From Spirochaetia bacterium (lineage in GTDB: Bacteria > Spirochaetota > Spirochaetia > SZUA-6 > Bin103): 64,000 nt of DNA. The position numbers were made by a program, and so were the translations under genes. The notes below the pieces were generated by a model, which saw only the letters and a list, made by a program, of their open reading frames with translations, made no database searches and was not told where the DNA came from. Location: positions 4,416,001 to 4,480,000 of the forward strand of contig CBDBDQ010000005.1 of NCBI GenBank assembly GCA_965203905.1, read 5' to 3'. The stretch's first letter is position 1. Each line of letters opens with the position of its first letter. Below are positions 48,256-58,861 of the stretch, piece after piece.

Positions 48256-49044
48256 ATGACGGGGCAGGACGCGGCGGGCGCCGCCGACGGCCAGCATTGG
48301 AACCCCGACCGGTACCGCCGCTGCGCCTCCTTCGTGCCGGAACTGGGCCGTGACCTGGTGGACCTGCTCGATCCGCGGCCGGGAGAGCGGGTGCTCGATC
48401 TCGGCTGCGGCGACGGGACGCTGACCGCGCGCCTCGCCGAGCGCGGCTGCACGGTGGTCGGGTTGGACCGTAGTGCGGCGTTCGTGGCGGCAGCGCGGCG
48501 TCGCGGGCTGGAGGTGGTCGCGGGGGACGCGCGCCGCCTGCACCTCACGGCGCTGCCGGCGGAGGAATTCGACGCCGTGTTTTCCAACGCCGTGCTGCAC
48601 TGGATCAGGCAGCCGGTGGCGGTAATCCGAGGCGTGCACCGACTGCTGCGGCGCGGCGGCCGCTACGTGGCCGAGTTCGGGGGTGCCGGCAACATCGCCA
48701 CCGTGCGCCGCGCCCTGCATCGCGCACTCCGGCGGCACGGGATCGATCCGGCGCCGCGCGACCCGTGGTACTTCCCCACCGCCGAGGCGTATCGTGGCCT
48801 GCTCGAAACGCGCGGTTTCGCGGTCCCCGAGATGAGGCTGTTCGCGCGTCCGACTCCGGTGCCGGGCAGCCTCAAGGAGTGGTTGCAGACCCTGGCCACG
48901 CCGCTTCTCGCCGGCCTCGAGCGCGACACCCGGCGGCAGGTGGAAGCCGAGGTGGAGTCGGCCACGGCCCCGCAGCTGCGGGATGCCGACGGGTCCTGGA
49001 CCGTGGACTACGTGCGCCTGCGCTTCCGCGCCGTCAAACGGTAA
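48256..49044 (+). CDS. Class I SAM-dependent methyltransferase
   Basis: VLDLGCGDG, FDAVFSNAVLHW, DYVRLRF. Confidence 0.88.
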   Translation: MTGQDAAGAADGQHWNPDRYRRCASFVPELGRDLVDLLDPRPGERVLDLGCGDGTLTARLAERGCTVVGLDRSAAFVAAARRRGLEVVAGDARRLHLTALPAEEFDAVFSNAVLHWIRQPVAVIRGVHRLLRRGGRYVAEFGGAGNIATVRRALHRALRRHGIDPAPRDPWYFPTAEAYRGLLETRGFAVPEMRLFARPTPVPGSLKEWLQTLATPLLAGLERDTRRQVEAEVESATAPQLRDADGSWTVDYVRLRFRAVKR

Positions 49045-49095
49045 CGGTCAGGCGCCGGCGCCTTGCCGGGGCCGGAGTCGCCGCGCGGTGCTGCG

Positions 49096-49620
49096 CTATG
49101 GCGGGGTGGTGCGGGGCCGGCTCAGCGTGGTCCACTGCGGGGAGCGCATGCGTGCCAGTTCCACGATCTGGCCGCTGTGGTAGGAGGCGTGATTGACCGC
49201 CCGCAGCAACGCCTGCAGCACGGTATGGGGCTCGCCGCGGATGGTGACTTCACGGTTCAGGTCGCCGGGGGTGAGGCCGGCGAGGCTCGACTCGAGGCAC
49301 TCCCAGCCGCTGCGCCACTTGGCGAACACCGCATCCTTGTCGGCCACGTCGTTGCGGAACTCGGAATCGCGGTCCCGGTCCGGCTTCTCGCCGTCGGTGG
49401 TGAGAAAGTCGGTGAACCGGGAGCGCAGGTTGCCTCCCACGTGCTTCATCAGCATGGCCACGCTGTTGGAACGCTCGTCCGGCAGCCACCCCAGGTCGGC
49501 GGCGGGCATCTGTGCGACCGCGCGCTCGGCCAGGCGCCGGGCGAGGGCGAACTCGGCGCCGAGAAAGCGCAGGACGTCGGCCCCGGTGCGGGTCGCATGG
49601 CGGGCAGCGTCATCGTTCAT
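49096..49620 (-). CDS. DinB-superfamily protein (DUF1572-like)
   Basis: SNSVAMLMKHVGGNLRSRFTDFLTTDGEK, RDRDSEF, HASYHSGQI. Confidence 0.85.
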   Translation of the reverse strand: MNDDAARHATRTGADVLRFLGAEFALARRLAERAVAQMPAADLGWLPDERSNSVAMLMKHVGGNLRSRFTDFLTTDGEKPDRDRDSEFRNDVADKDAVFAKWRSGWECLESSLAGLTPGDLNREVTIRGEPHTVLQALLRAVNHASYHSGQIVELARMRSPQWTTLSRPRTTPP

Positions 49621-49699
49621 GGCGCAACTTTACTCGTACCACCCCCGTACGCCAACCGCGCGTGACCACAACCGCGGATGGCGGTATTAGAATAGGGAC

Positions 49700-50833
49700 A
49701 TGCGTTCAAGACTGCTGCGATCGGCCGCTCCGCTGGTGCTCGCGCTCCTCCTCGCGGGCCACGGCGCGGCCGCCCAGAGCCGTACCCATGCCTCGAACGA
49801 GCACCGTTTCCAGGTCGTTCCCGTGGTGACCGGGCTGGAGCATCCGTGGGCGCTGGCCTTCCTCCCCGGCGGTGACCTGCTGGTCACCGAACGGCGCGGA
49901 CGGCTGCTGCGCATTGGCGCGGACGGCCAGCGTCACCGCATCGAGGGGCTGCCACGCATCGCCGCGGTGGGCCAGGGCGGCCTGCTGGACCTGGTGCTGG
50001 ACCCCGGCTTCGCGGACAACCGGCTGCTTTACTTCTCCTACTCCGAGCAGTTCGGCGGCGGCCAGCGCACCGCGGTCGCGCGCGCCGAGCTGGCCGGCGA
50101 CCGCCTGGTCGCGCTGCGTCGCATCTTCGCCATGAACCGCGCCTCCAGTGGCGGGCGCCACTTCGGGGCGCGGCTGGCGTTCCTGCCCGACGGCGACCTG
50201 CTGGTGACCGTGGGCGACCGCGGGCAACGGCACCGCGCCCAGGACCCGTCCGACCACGCCGGATCGGTGCTGCGGATGCGCCCGGACGGCAGCCCGTCAC
50301 CGCGTGTCGCGGCGCTCGCCATCCCCGGGGCCGCGCCGGAGGTATTCACCTTCGGCCACCGCAACGCCCAGGGGCTGGCGATCCATCCCACCAGCGGCGA
50401 CATCTGGATCCACGAGCACGGCCCGCGCGGCGGCGACGAGATCAACATCCTGCGCGGCGGCGCCAACTACGGCTGGCCGGTGGTAACCCATGGCCGCGAA
50501 TACTCGGGCCCCAGCATCGGGGTGGGCAGCGAGGCGCCGGGAATGGAGCCGCCGCTGCTGCACTGGACCCCCTCCATCGCGCCGTCCGGAATGGCGTTCT
50601 ACACCGGCACCGGATTTCCGCGCTGGCGCAACGACCTGTTCGTGGGCGCGCTCGCCGGCAGGCACCTGCGTCGCATCGTGGTGCGCGACGGGGCCGTCGT
50701 GGAGCAGGAGGTGTTGCTGCAGGGGAACCTGGGGCGCATCCGGGACGTGCGCCAGGGACCGGAGGGGCGCCTGTGGGTGCTCACGGACGAGCGCCGCGGG
50801 GGGCTCTATCGCCTCGAGCCGGCGGCGCCGTAG
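49700..50833 (+). CDS. PQQ-dependent sugar dehydrogenase (YliI/Asd-like)
   Basis: GLEHPW, GQGGLLD, GHRNAQG, EHGPRGGDEIN, NYGWP, RIRDV. Confidence 0.92.
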   Translation: MRSRLLRSAAPLVLALLLAGHGAAAQSRTHASNEHRFQVVPVVTGLEHPWALAFLPGGDLLVTERRGRLLRIGADGQRHRIEGLPRIAAVGQGGLLDLVLDPGFADNRLLYFSYSEQFGGGQRTAVARAELAGDRLVALRRIFAMNRASSGGRHFGARLAFLPDGDLLVTVGDRGQRHRAQDPSDHAGSVLRMRPDGSPSPRVAALAIPGAAPEVFTFGHRNAQGLAIHPTSGDIWIHEHGPRGGDEINILRGGANYGWPVVTHGREYSGPSIGVGSEAPGMEPPLLHWTPSIAPSGMAFYTGTGFPRWRNDLFVGALAGRHLRRIVVRDGAVVEQEVLLQGNLGRIRDVRQGPEGRLWVLTDERRGGLYRLEPAAP

Positions 50834-50855
50834 CGCGCCCCGCTTACCCGTACGG

Positions 50856-51062
50856 CTACAGGCGCGCCACCACCACCGCCAGCGCGATCACGATGGCCAG
50901 CTCCGCCAGCAGCACCACGGCCAACAGGAGCCCCTGGCTTACCCGCAGTCCCTGGCCTGAGCGAACCATCTTGAGCAGCGGCGGGCCGAGCGCCGTGGTC
51001 ATGGCGCCGAGCAACACTGCCGACGCCATCACGATGATGAACACGATCACGTTGACGGCCAT
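50856..51062 (-). CDS. Small two-helix membrane protein
   Basis: 68 aa with two hydrophobic stretches. Confidence 0.5.
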   Translation of the reverse strand: MAVNVIVFIIVMASAVLLGAMTTALGPPLLKMVRSGQGLRVSQGLLLAVVLLAELAIVIALAVVVARL

Positions 51063-51110
51063 TCAAGAAACATACCGGGTGGCGGGCGGCGACTCAACAA
51101 CCGCGCCGCC

Positions 51111-52646
51111 TCAGTAGGCGCGGGCGAACACCACCTGGGCGGCGTCGGCGGCGCCGGTGAAGGCGCAGGTCGAGTTGCCGCCGGCCGCGACCGTACCCTC
51201 GCCGTTTACCCCCAAGATGCAGCGGGGACTCACCTTGAGCCGTTTCAGCAGGGTCTGAAACGACTCCTCCTGCTCGGCACCCTCAGCCATCGCGGCGATG
51301 GCGAAGCCGGCGGATGCTTCGTCGGTGAAGTACTCCTCCAGCTCGGCGGCGCCGGCCACGGCAACGGTGTGGGCCTCCTGGAAGCTGCGCGCGCGCCGCA
51401 GCAGGGCGTCCTGGATCTCGCCGAGCAGCGCGGGGGCCTCGGCCACGAAACGGTCGAGCGGCACCGGGTGCCGTTCGCGCGGCGGGCGGTCGCGGCGTGC
51501 GACCGACACGGCGCCGGCCTCCAGGTCGCGGGGACCCACCTCGAGGCGCAACGGCACCCCGCGCTTCACGTGGTGCCAGTTCTTCTCGCCGCCACGCAGG
51601 TCACGGTCGTCGATGGCGGCCCGCAGCGGCTCGCCGCCGAAGCGCGCCGCGCTCAACTGCTGCTGCAGTTGCCGGCAGCAGGCCAGCACCGCGGAACGCT
51701 GCGCTTCGTCCTTGTAGATCGGCAGGATCACCGCCTGCTGCGGGGCCAGGCGCGGCGGCAGCACCACCCCGTCGTCGTCGCCGTGGGTCATGATCAGGCC
51801 CCCCACCAGGCGCGTGGAGACACCCCAGGAGGTGGTCCAGGCGTACGCCATGGCGCCGTCACGGTCGGCGAAGCTGATGGAGCAGGCCTTGGCGAAGTTC
51901 TGACCCAGAAAGTGGGAGGTCCCCGCCTGCAGCGCCTTGCGGTCCTGCATCATCGCTTCGATGGTGTAGGTGTTGACGGCGCCGGGAAAGCGCTCGGCGG
52001 CGCTCTTTTCGCCGCGGATCACCGGCATCGCCATGTAGTTCTCCGCGAAGTCGGCGTATACCCCGAGCATGCGCAGGGTCTCCTCCTGCGCCTCCGCGGC
52101 CGTGGCATGCACGGTGTGTCCCTCCTGCCAGAGGAACTCGGCGGTGCGCAGGAACAGGCGCGGGCGCAACTCCCAGCGCACCACGTTGGCCCACTGATTG
52201 ATCAGGATCGGCAGGTCGCGGTAGGACTGCACCCACTTGGAGTACATCTCGCCGATGATGGTCTCACTGGTCGGCCGCACCACGTAGGGCTCGTCGAGCT
52301 CGCCGGCCGGCACCAGGCCGCCGTCCTTGCCCGGCTCCAGGCGATGGTGGGTCACCACCGCGCACTCCTTGGCGAACCCCTCGACGTGTTCCGCTTCCCG
52401 TTCCAGGTAGCGCAACGGGATGAACAGGGGAAAGTAGGCGTTGGAGTGCCCGGTGGCCTTGAACATGCCGTCGAGCACGCGCTGCATGTTCTCCCATACC
52501 GCGTAGCCCCACGGCTTGATCACCATGCAGCCGCGCACCGGCGACAACTCCGCCAGGTCCGCGGCGCGCACCACCTGCTGGTACCACTCGGGATAGTTCT
52601 CGGCACGGGTCGGGGAAATGGCGGTTCGCGCTCGTCCTGCTGCCAT
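51111..52646 (-). CDS. proS: Proline--tRNA ligase (archaeal/eukaryote-like type)
   Basis: EGFAKECAVVTH, RPTSET, QWANVVRWE, EFLWQEGHT, QAGTSH, C-terminal FARAY. Confidence 0.96.
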   Translation of the reverse strand: MAAGRARTAISPTRAENYPEWYQQVVRAADLAELSPVRGCMVIKPWGYAVWENMQRVLDGMFKATGHSNAYFPLFIPLRYLEREAEHVEGFAKECAVVTHHRLEPGKDGGLVPAGELDEPYVVRPTSETIIGEMYSKWVQSYRDLPILINQWANVVRWELRPRLFLRTAEFLWQEGHTVHATAAEAQEETLRMLGVYADFAENYMAMPVIRGEKSAAERFPGAVNTYTIEAMMQDRKALQAGTSHFLGQNFAKACSISFADRDGAMAYAWTTSWGVSTRLVGGLIMTHGDDDGVVLPPRLAPQQAVILPIYKDEAQRSAVLACCRQLQQQLSAARFGGEPLRAAIDDRDLRGGEKNWHHVKRGVPLRLEVGPRDLEAGAVSVARRDRPPRERHPVPLDRFVAEAPALLGEIQDALLRRARSFQEAHTVAVAGAAELEEYFTDEASAGFAIAAMAEGAEQEESFQTLLKRLKVSPRCILGVNGEGTVAAGGNSTCAFTGAADAAQVVFARAY

Positions 52647-52730
52647 GGCTGGCGCTACGGTACCGGCTTTGGCGCCCAAAGAACAAGCTGACCGCCGCCG
52701 CTCACCTTCGCCACGCCCTGGCGGATCAGG

Positions 52731-54659
52731 TCACTCCAGCCACACGTGGACGGTACGCTCGGGTGTGAGCGGCGATCCGGGCGCAGGGTCCTGGCGGATG
52801 ACGTAGCCGGAACCGTGCAGCGCCAGCCGCAGGTCGGGCGCGGCCAACAGCGGCAGCAGGCGTCGTTTCGGCAAGCCGACCAGGTTGGGCAACTCGGCGC
52901 CGAGCGTCAGATGGGGCGTCGCCGAGACCGTGATGTGAGCGGGGTGGAGCAGCGGTTCCTCGTCTTGGTGCGGCAGCCGGTAGTAGGAGGCGAGGAAGGT
53001 GGCCACCTCGTGCAGCGCCGGAGCGGCGATCAGGCCTCCGTAGCGCTGGTCGCCCTTCGGGTGCTGAATCACGACGTAGGCGATGAATCGGGGAGCGTCG
53101 GCCGGCAGCACACCCAGGATCGATGCGATCAGGTGCTCGTTCGAGTAGACTCCCTCGTTCTGGTCGAACACCTGCGCGGTGCCGGTCTTCACGGCGATCC
53201 GGTAGCCCTTCAGGCGCGCCAGTCGCCCGGTACCCTCTTCGGCCACCGTTTCCATCATCCCCAGGACCGAGGCCGCAGTCTCGGGCGCCAGCACGGTACG
53301 TATCGGTTCGGGGGCGAACGATTTGACCACCGTCCCGTCGGCCGCGACGATCTTGTGCACCAACTGCGGACGCAGCAGCGTGCCGCCGGTGGTCAGGGTG
53401 GTGGCCGCCTGCACGATCTGCAGCGGTGTCACCGAGATCTCCTGGCCGATCGCCACGGTGGGCTTGGTGCGCCCGGACCACTCGGCGACGGGGCGCAGCA
53501 GTCCGGGGCTTTCGCCCAGGAGCGGCACTCCGGTGGGCTCGCCGAAGCCAAACGTGCGCAGCATGCGGTAGAAGCTGTGTGCATCGATCCGGTCCGAAGC
53601 GTGCGCGATGCCGGCATTGCTGGAGTAGCGGAGAATCTGCTCCGGGTCCAGGTCCCCGTACACGCCCAGGTCGGCAATGCGAATGACGCCGCCGTTGGGC
53701 AGGGTGCGGCGGTAGTAGCCGGGACTGGGAAAGCTCATCGACGTCGTGACGGCCCCCGTCTGCAGCAACGCTCCCATGGTGAACACCTTGAATACCGAGC
53801 CCGGCTCGTAGGAATCGGTGGCGATTGCGTTGCGCCAGCGTTCGCTGGGGAAGGCGGTGTAGTCGTTGGGATCGAATCCCGGTTGCGCGGCGTAGCTGAG
53901 GACTTCGCCGCTGGCGGCGTCTGCCACGATGATGAACACCGCGTCCGCGTCATGCTCGCCGAGGGTGGCGCCGGCGATTTCCTCCATCGCGTGCTGGACC
54001 TCAACGTCAATCGTCAGGAACACCCTGTTGCCGAACACGCCGGTGCCGTCGGCCGTGATCGTGTCCGGTGCCAATACGTAGTTGAAGGTGTTCTCGATGC
54101 CTTCCAGCCCGACGTTGTCGACCCCGACGAACCCCAGCAGATGGGCCGCCAGTGTCCCCTCCGGATAGGAACGGGTCTGCTCCGGCCGCAGGTCAATGCC
54201 CTGCAGCTCGCCGCTTTCCATGGCTGCGCGGATACGGGCCGACTGTTCAGGGGTGATGTGACGCCGAATAAAGGCGAATCCGGTACCGCGCAACCGTTCC
54301 AGCACCTCTTCGGCCGCCGTATCGAGGATCTCTGCCAGCAGCTCGGCCGAGTCCTCGGGGGAGGTGACGGCGGGCACCCAGGCGGTGACCGAGTCGCGTT
54401 CGATGGTGAGCGCGAGCACCCGCCCGTTGCGGTCCAGGATCGGACCGCGCTCCACTTCGGGGAGGCGTACCGCCGGCCCTTCCGCTGGGAAGTCGAGGCC
54501 CGTCATGACGGTCGCATAGCGGTAGATGAGAGCCAGGAAGCAGAGGCCGAGAAACGAGACGAATATGAAGAGCCGTCGCGCCGTCGGATCGCGGCGCGGT
54601 CTCTCCGGCGGATCGAGCGGAGGCGTGTCATGCAGATGGTCGCCGGTGTCGGCACGCAC
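52731..54659 (-). CDS. ftsI: Class B penicillin-binding protein (FtsI-like)
   Basis: RGPILDRNG, EPGSVFK, YSSN, KTGTAQ; PASTA-like tail; start uncertain. Confidence 0.85.
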   Translation of the reverse strand: MRADTGDHLHDTPPLDPPERPRRDPTARRLFIFVSFLGLCFLALIYRYATVMTGLDFPAEGPAVRLPEVERGPILDRNGRVLALTIERDSVTAWVPAVTSPEDSAELLAEILDTAAEEVLERLRGTGFAFIRRHITPEQSARIRAAMESGELQGIDLRPEQTRSYPEGTLAAHLLGFVGVDNVGLEGIENTFNYVLAPDTITADGTGVFGNRVFLTIDVEVQHAMEEIAGATLGEHDADAVFIIVADAASGEVLSYAAQPGFDPNDYTAFPSERWRNAIATDSYEPGSVFKVFTMGALLQTGAVTTSMSFPSPGYYRRTLPNGGVIRIADLGVYGDLDPEQILRYSSNAGIAHASDRIDAHSFYRMLRTFGFGEPTGVPLLGESPGLLRPVAEWSGRTKPTVAIGQEISVTPLQIVQAATTLTTGGTLLRPQLVHKIVAADGTVVKSFAPEPIRTVLAPETAASVLGMMETVAEEGTGRLARLKGYRIAVKTGTAQVFDQNEGVYSNEHLIASILGVLPADAPRFIAYVVIQHPKGDQRYGGLIAAPALHEVATFLASYYRLPHQDEEPLLHPAHITVSATPHLTLGAELPNLVGLPKRRLLPLLAAPDLRLALHGSGYVIRQDPAPGSPLTPERTVHVWLE

Positions 54660-54857
54660 ATTGGACTTATCGGCTGCGTCGCGTGCATGGCCAACATGGC
54701 CGCCGCAAAAGCGTCGTCGCCCGCGTTTCCGCCGCGCCGGTCGCACGGCTGGCGCGTGCACCCGGCTGGCGCCGCCACTTCCCATCGGTCTGCAACGAGA
54801 CTACCCTAAGGGTGTGCTGAGGATTAGTACGCAGGGTCACTCCGTGGCGCGGAGATC

Positions 54858-56297
54858 ATGAATACCGCTGCACTTGGTTCGCCTGCCGGACATCGCGCTG
54901 CCCTGGTTGCGGGTGTGCTGCTGGCCCTGGTCACGGTTGTCGGATCCGGACAGTCCACGGCGGGCGACGCTCCGAGTCTGGAGCAACTGGTGCGGGCAGC
55001 CATGGCCCGCGACCCGGCGCTGGCGCAACGGCAGTTGGAGGTCCGCAATCGGCAGCTCGGCGTCACCCGTCGCGCCGCGGGCAAGGGTTTCGGGCTGGCG
55101 CTGAGCTTGTCGGATCCGGAAGGGCCGACGGGACTGTTGGGCTTCACGCTGGCGGACATCGGCGGTGGCAACGAATTCGACGTTCGCTACGGCATCAACA
55201 CCAGCCTGACAGCGAGTCTGCCGTATCCGCTTGGCACCATCTCCACCACCGCCTCCATCCGCGGACCGGTAGAGGAGTCCGCCGACGAGAGTCCCTGGGA
55301 CGTGACGCCGGTGGCTGCACTCGGGCTCTCCACTCGTGTCGAGCAGCCGCTGGGCTCGTTGCTGGGGCTCGATGCCAGGGACGCGGACGACCTGGAAGCG
55401 GCCCACGCGGTAGTGCAGGCGGAACGCGGCGTGCGCGCGCGGGTACGGGCCATTTCCCGCGACGTACTACAGCGCATGATCGCGATCCTGCGGCACCGGA
55501 TCGCCGAGCGGCGTGCCGCGCATACCGTGGCGGAACTGGAGGAAGAAGTGGTGCGCCGGCGGGACGTGTTCCAGGACAACGAGCAGAGCCACCGCTTCCA
55601 GACGCTGCTGTTCAACGTCGAGCGGGAACGGCGCGGCCTGCAGACCACGCAGCTTCTGCTGCAACAGGATCGCGACGCCTTCGAGGAGTTGACGGGGAGC
55701 GGCGACTTCGGCCGCCTCGACGAGGTGCCCCTGTCGCTGCCTCCGCCAGAGCAGGCGGAGCGCGCTCCGGAGGTGGTGGACGCCACCGTCGACCTGCGTG
55801 CCAGCGAGCACCGCATCCGGGAGGATGCCAACAGCAACTGGCCGGAGGTAGCCTTCGATGCCAGCTACGATTGGCGCGAGAACAGGCTGTCCGCCGGGGT
55901 CGGCTTCAACCTGGTCCTGCCGCTGCTGGACGGCGGCCTGCAGCGGATCAGGGACGAGGAGTTGAACAACGCCCGCAGAGCCGCCGAGCTGGCCGGCACG
56001 GTCGCCCGGCGCGGTTTTGCGGATGCCCTGGTCGATGCCGAACGCCGCATCCGCGACCTGGACCACCGCACCTGGGAGCATCGCGAGCGCATCCGTCTGG
56101 CGGCGTTGAGGGTGGCGGAGACGCGAGCGGCGCTGGAGGCGGGCGTCGTGGTCCCGTCGGACCTGCGGCAGGCGGAACTGGAGCAGGAGCTGCTGGCTCT
56201 GGACGCCGAGGTCCTGCGCGCGGAGCGCTGGCTGCTGAAGCTCGATCTGGATGCCCTCACCGACGCCGATCCGCTGAACTTCGCGGCCGCCCGGTAG
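54858..56297 (+). CDS. TolC-family outer membrane protein
   Basis: Signal peptide, helical repeats, LPLLDGG motif. Confidence 0.7.
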   Translation: MNTAALGSPAGHRAALVAGVLLALVTVVGSGQSTAGDAPSLEQLVRAAMARDPALAQRQLEVRNRQLGVTRRAAGKGFGLALSLSDPEGPTGLLGFTLADIGGGNEFDVRYGINTSLTASLPYPLGTISTTASIRGPVEESADESPWDVTPVAALGLSTRVEQPLGSLLGLDARDADDLEAAHAVVQAERGVRARVRAISRDVLQRMIAILRHRIAERRAAHTVAELEEEVVRRRDVFQDNEQSHRFQTLLFNVERERRGLQTTQLLLQQDRDAFEELTGSGDFGRLDEVPLSLPPPEQAERAPEVVDATVDLRASEHRIREDANSNWPEVAFDASYDWRENRLSAGVGFNLVLPLLDGGLQRIRDEELNNARRAAELAGTVARRGFADALVDAERRIRDLDHRTWEHRERIRLAALRVAETRAALEAGVVVPSDLRQAELEQELLALDAEVLRAERWLLKLDLDALTDADPLNFAAAR

Positions 56298-56370
56298 GGT
56301 AGCCCCTCAGGACGGTTGCGGGCGTACGCGGTGGCCGCCGTCGCGAAATTGAGGTATTCTGGTCATTGCT

Positions 56371-56610
56371 ATGACGGTAGTGCTGGCGGTCGGCATCATG
56401 GTGCTGTTGGCGGTGTTCCTCGGACTGCGCGTGCTGTTCGGGAAGGACGAAGAGGTGCGCAAGCCGGGTTGCTCCAACGCCAACGCGTTCATGGATCAGC
56501 AGGAGGCGTGTCCCGTGTGCGGGGTTGCGCCCGGGCAGACCTGTGCCAACGAGGCCACGCAGACGACTGCCGTGGCCGATCCTCCGCCAGGCAGGCCCCC
56601 GGTCAGGTAA
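56371..56610 (+). CDS. Small Cys-rich membrane-anchored protein
   Basis: N-terminal TM helix, KPGC...CPVCG...TC. Confidence 0.55.
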   Translation: MTVVLAVGIMVLLAVFLGLRVLFGKDEEVRKPGCSNANAFMDQQEACPVCGVAPGQTCANEATQTTAVADPPPGRPPVR

Positions 56611-57001
56611 TCGCGACGTTCACCTTGCGCTCGGGGCGCTGGTGGAGGTGAGGGTGTCCCGGCATTCCCACTCCGATCCGTATCGACGGGCCGTCACCCT
56701 TGGGAAAGATATGATGGAAAGTGAGCGCGGGAACGAAGATGAAGTCGCCGGCGCGCGCGTGGACGGTCTCTTCCCGGCCTTCGATCACCCAGTCGATCTC
56801 GCCTTCCATCACCACCCACCATTCGTCGTAGTCGTGCACGTGGCGGTCGTTGATGGTGCCCGGCGGCTGGCAGATCGCGGTGGCGACCACGTGGTCCAGC
56901 AGCACCACCTGCCGGGCCCACGGCGGCTCCCCCATCTCCCGCTTGATCTGCTGCAGGTTGATGCAGCTGCGGGTTGTGCCCAAAATCGGATCGTGCAACA
57001 T
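56603..57001 (-). CDS. Cupin-domain protein
   Basis: HVHDYDEWWVVMEG and GDFIFVPALTFH. Confidence 0.85.
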   Translation of the reverse strand: MLHDPILGTTRSCINLQQIKREMGEPPWARQVVLLDHVVATAICQPPGTINDRHVHDYDEWWVVMEGEIDWVIEGREETVHARAGDFIFVPALTFHHIFPKGDGPSIRIGVGMPGHPHLHQRPERKVNVAIT

Positions 57002-57108
57002 GTTCGCAGGGTAGTGCGGCGCGCTGCGTCCGTCGAGCCCTCGGCCGCGTTGCGCCGAACGTGCGGCGGCTGGCCACGTTTAGTCCAAGCTACACAGGAG
57101 ACCCTGCA

Positions 57109-58035
57109 ATGAAGGCGCTGGTAACCGACGAGTGGGCATTGCGTTACGTGAATGAGCTGAAGGCGGAGTTCGCCGCGGTCGAGTTCGTTCGGGAGGCGTC
57201 GGCGGACGTCGAAGTGGTGATCGGCCGCGTCGACCATGCGGTGCTGGAGCGGACGCCGCAGGTCAAGTGGATCCAGGCCCTCAGCGCGGGAGTGGAGTGG
57301 CTGCGCGAGGTTCCGGCGCTGGCCACCTCCGACATCGTGGTCACCAACGCCCGTGGCGCCCATGCCGCCACCATTGCCGAGCACGCGCTCGGCATGCTCG
57401 TGTTTCTCGCGCGGCACTTCGATGCCCTCTACCGAGCCCAGCAGGAGCGGGTCTGGGTGTCGCCGGCGCCCGCCGGCACCGTGGGGCTTTCCGGGCTGAC
57501 CATGGGCGTGATCGGATTAGGCCACATCGGCCGGGCGATCGCGGTGCGGGCCCACGGGTTCGAGATGAAGGTTATCGCCGTGGACGTCCACGAGCTGCCG
57601 AAGCCGGACTGCGTGGCGGAGTTGCGCCTGCTCGACGGCCTGGACGACCTGCTGCGCCGGGCCGACGTGGTGGCGGTGGCAACGCCCATCACCGACCGGA
57701 CCCGGGGCATGTTGGGAGCGCGGGAGCTGGCGCTGCTGAAGCCGAGCGCCTATCTCCTGGTGATGTCGCGCGGCGGCATCGTGGACGAGCCGACCGTCGC
57801 GCGCATGCTGCGGGAGGGCACGCTGGCCGGGGCGGGGCTGGATGTCACCGCGGTGGAGCCGCTGCCCGCCGACAGCGAGCTGTGGGATGCCCCGAACAGC
57901 ATCATCACGCCGCACAGCTCGCCGGTCTCCGAACAGACCCACGCCTCGGTCACGGCCGTTCTGCGGCGCAATCTGAACCACTACCTGGCGGGGGAGCCGC
58001 TGGAGAACGTGGTCGACACGAAGCTGGGCTACTGA
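57109..58035 (+). CDS. D-2-hydroxyacid dehydrogenase
   Basis: AGGAGA RBS; GLGHIG, MSRGGIVDE, LDVT, ITPH. Confidence 0.9.
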   Translation: MKALVTDEWALRYVNELKAEFAAVEFVREASADVEVVIGRVDHAVLERTPQVKWIQALSAGVEWLREVPALATSDIVVTNARGAHAATIAEHALGMLVFLARHFDALYRAQQERVWVSPAPAGTVGLSGLTMGVIGLGHIGRAIAVRAHGFEMKVIAVDVHELPKPDCVAELRLLDGLDDLLRRADVVAVATPITDRTRGMLGARELALLKPSAYLLVMSRGGIVDEPTVARMLREGTLAGAGLDVTAVEPLPADSELWDAPNSIITPHSSPVSEQTHASVTAVLRRNLNHYLAGEPLENVVDTKLGY

Positions 58036-58071
58036 CGCCGGGCAACGCGGAAACTGACGCCCGGCGCCCCC

Positions 58072-58845
58072 TCACACCGCCGCGATGTAGCCGCCGTCCA
58101 CCAACAGGCTGGAGCCGGTGATCCACTCGCCGTCTTCCGACGCCAGGAACACCACGGCGCGGCCGATGTCGCGCGGCGTGCCGAAGCGGGGCAGGGCGGT
58201 ACGCTGGCGTGCCTCCTCCACCTGCTGCGGGGTCATGTAGTCCTGGATCGCGGTCTCGATGTAGCCGGGGCAGATGGCGTTGCAGGTGATGCCGTGGGCG
58301 CCCAGTTCCCATGCCGTGTCCCGCGCCAGGTTCACCAGGGCCGCCTTGCTGGCGGCATAGGGCGCACCGCCGCCGCCCCCGTACGCGTGCACCGAGGCGA
58401 TGTGGATGATGCGCCCCGCGGCGGAGCGCTTGAGGTGCGGCACGGCCAGCTTGGTGGCCACGAAGGCGGAACGCAGGTTCACCGCCATGATGCGGTCGAA
58501 CTGTTCCAGCGAGAGCTGCTGCGAGTCCGCCAGCGTCGTGATGCCCGCATTGTTGACCACGATGTCCAGGCCTCCGAGCTCGCCCACGGTGCGCTCCACC
58601 AGCGTCTCCATCTGCGCTGCGTCGCCGACGTCGGTGGACACGAACAGCGCGCGCCCTCCCAGCTCGGCGATCGCCGCCGCGGTCGGCGGTCGCGGCTCGG
58701 TCTCGTGGTAGATGCCGATCTTGGGATCCTCACGGATGTCGGCCACCGCCACGGCGGCGCCTTCGCGTGCCAGCTCCAGGGCGATTCCGCGGCCGATGCC
58801 GGAGCTGGCGCCGGTGACAATGGCCACTCGGTTCTGCAGAAGCAT
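58072..58845 (-). CDS. SDR oxidoreductase
   Basis: TGASSGIG, NNAG, YAASK, CPG, VDGG. Confidence 0.9.
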   Translation of the reverse strand: MLLQNRVAIVTGASSGIGRGIALELAREGAAVAVADIREDPKIGIYHETEPRPPTAAAIAELGGRALFVSTDVGDAAQMETLVERTVGELGGLDIVVNNAGITTLADSQQLSLEQFDRIMAVNLRSAFVATKLAVPHLKRSAAGRIIHIASVHAYGGGGGAPYAASKAALVNLARDTAWELGAHGITCNAICPGYIETAIQDYMTPQQVEEARQRTALPRFGTPRDIGRAVVFLASEDGEWITGSSLLVDGGYIAAV

Positions 58846-58861
58846 GCGCGTATTGTACCGG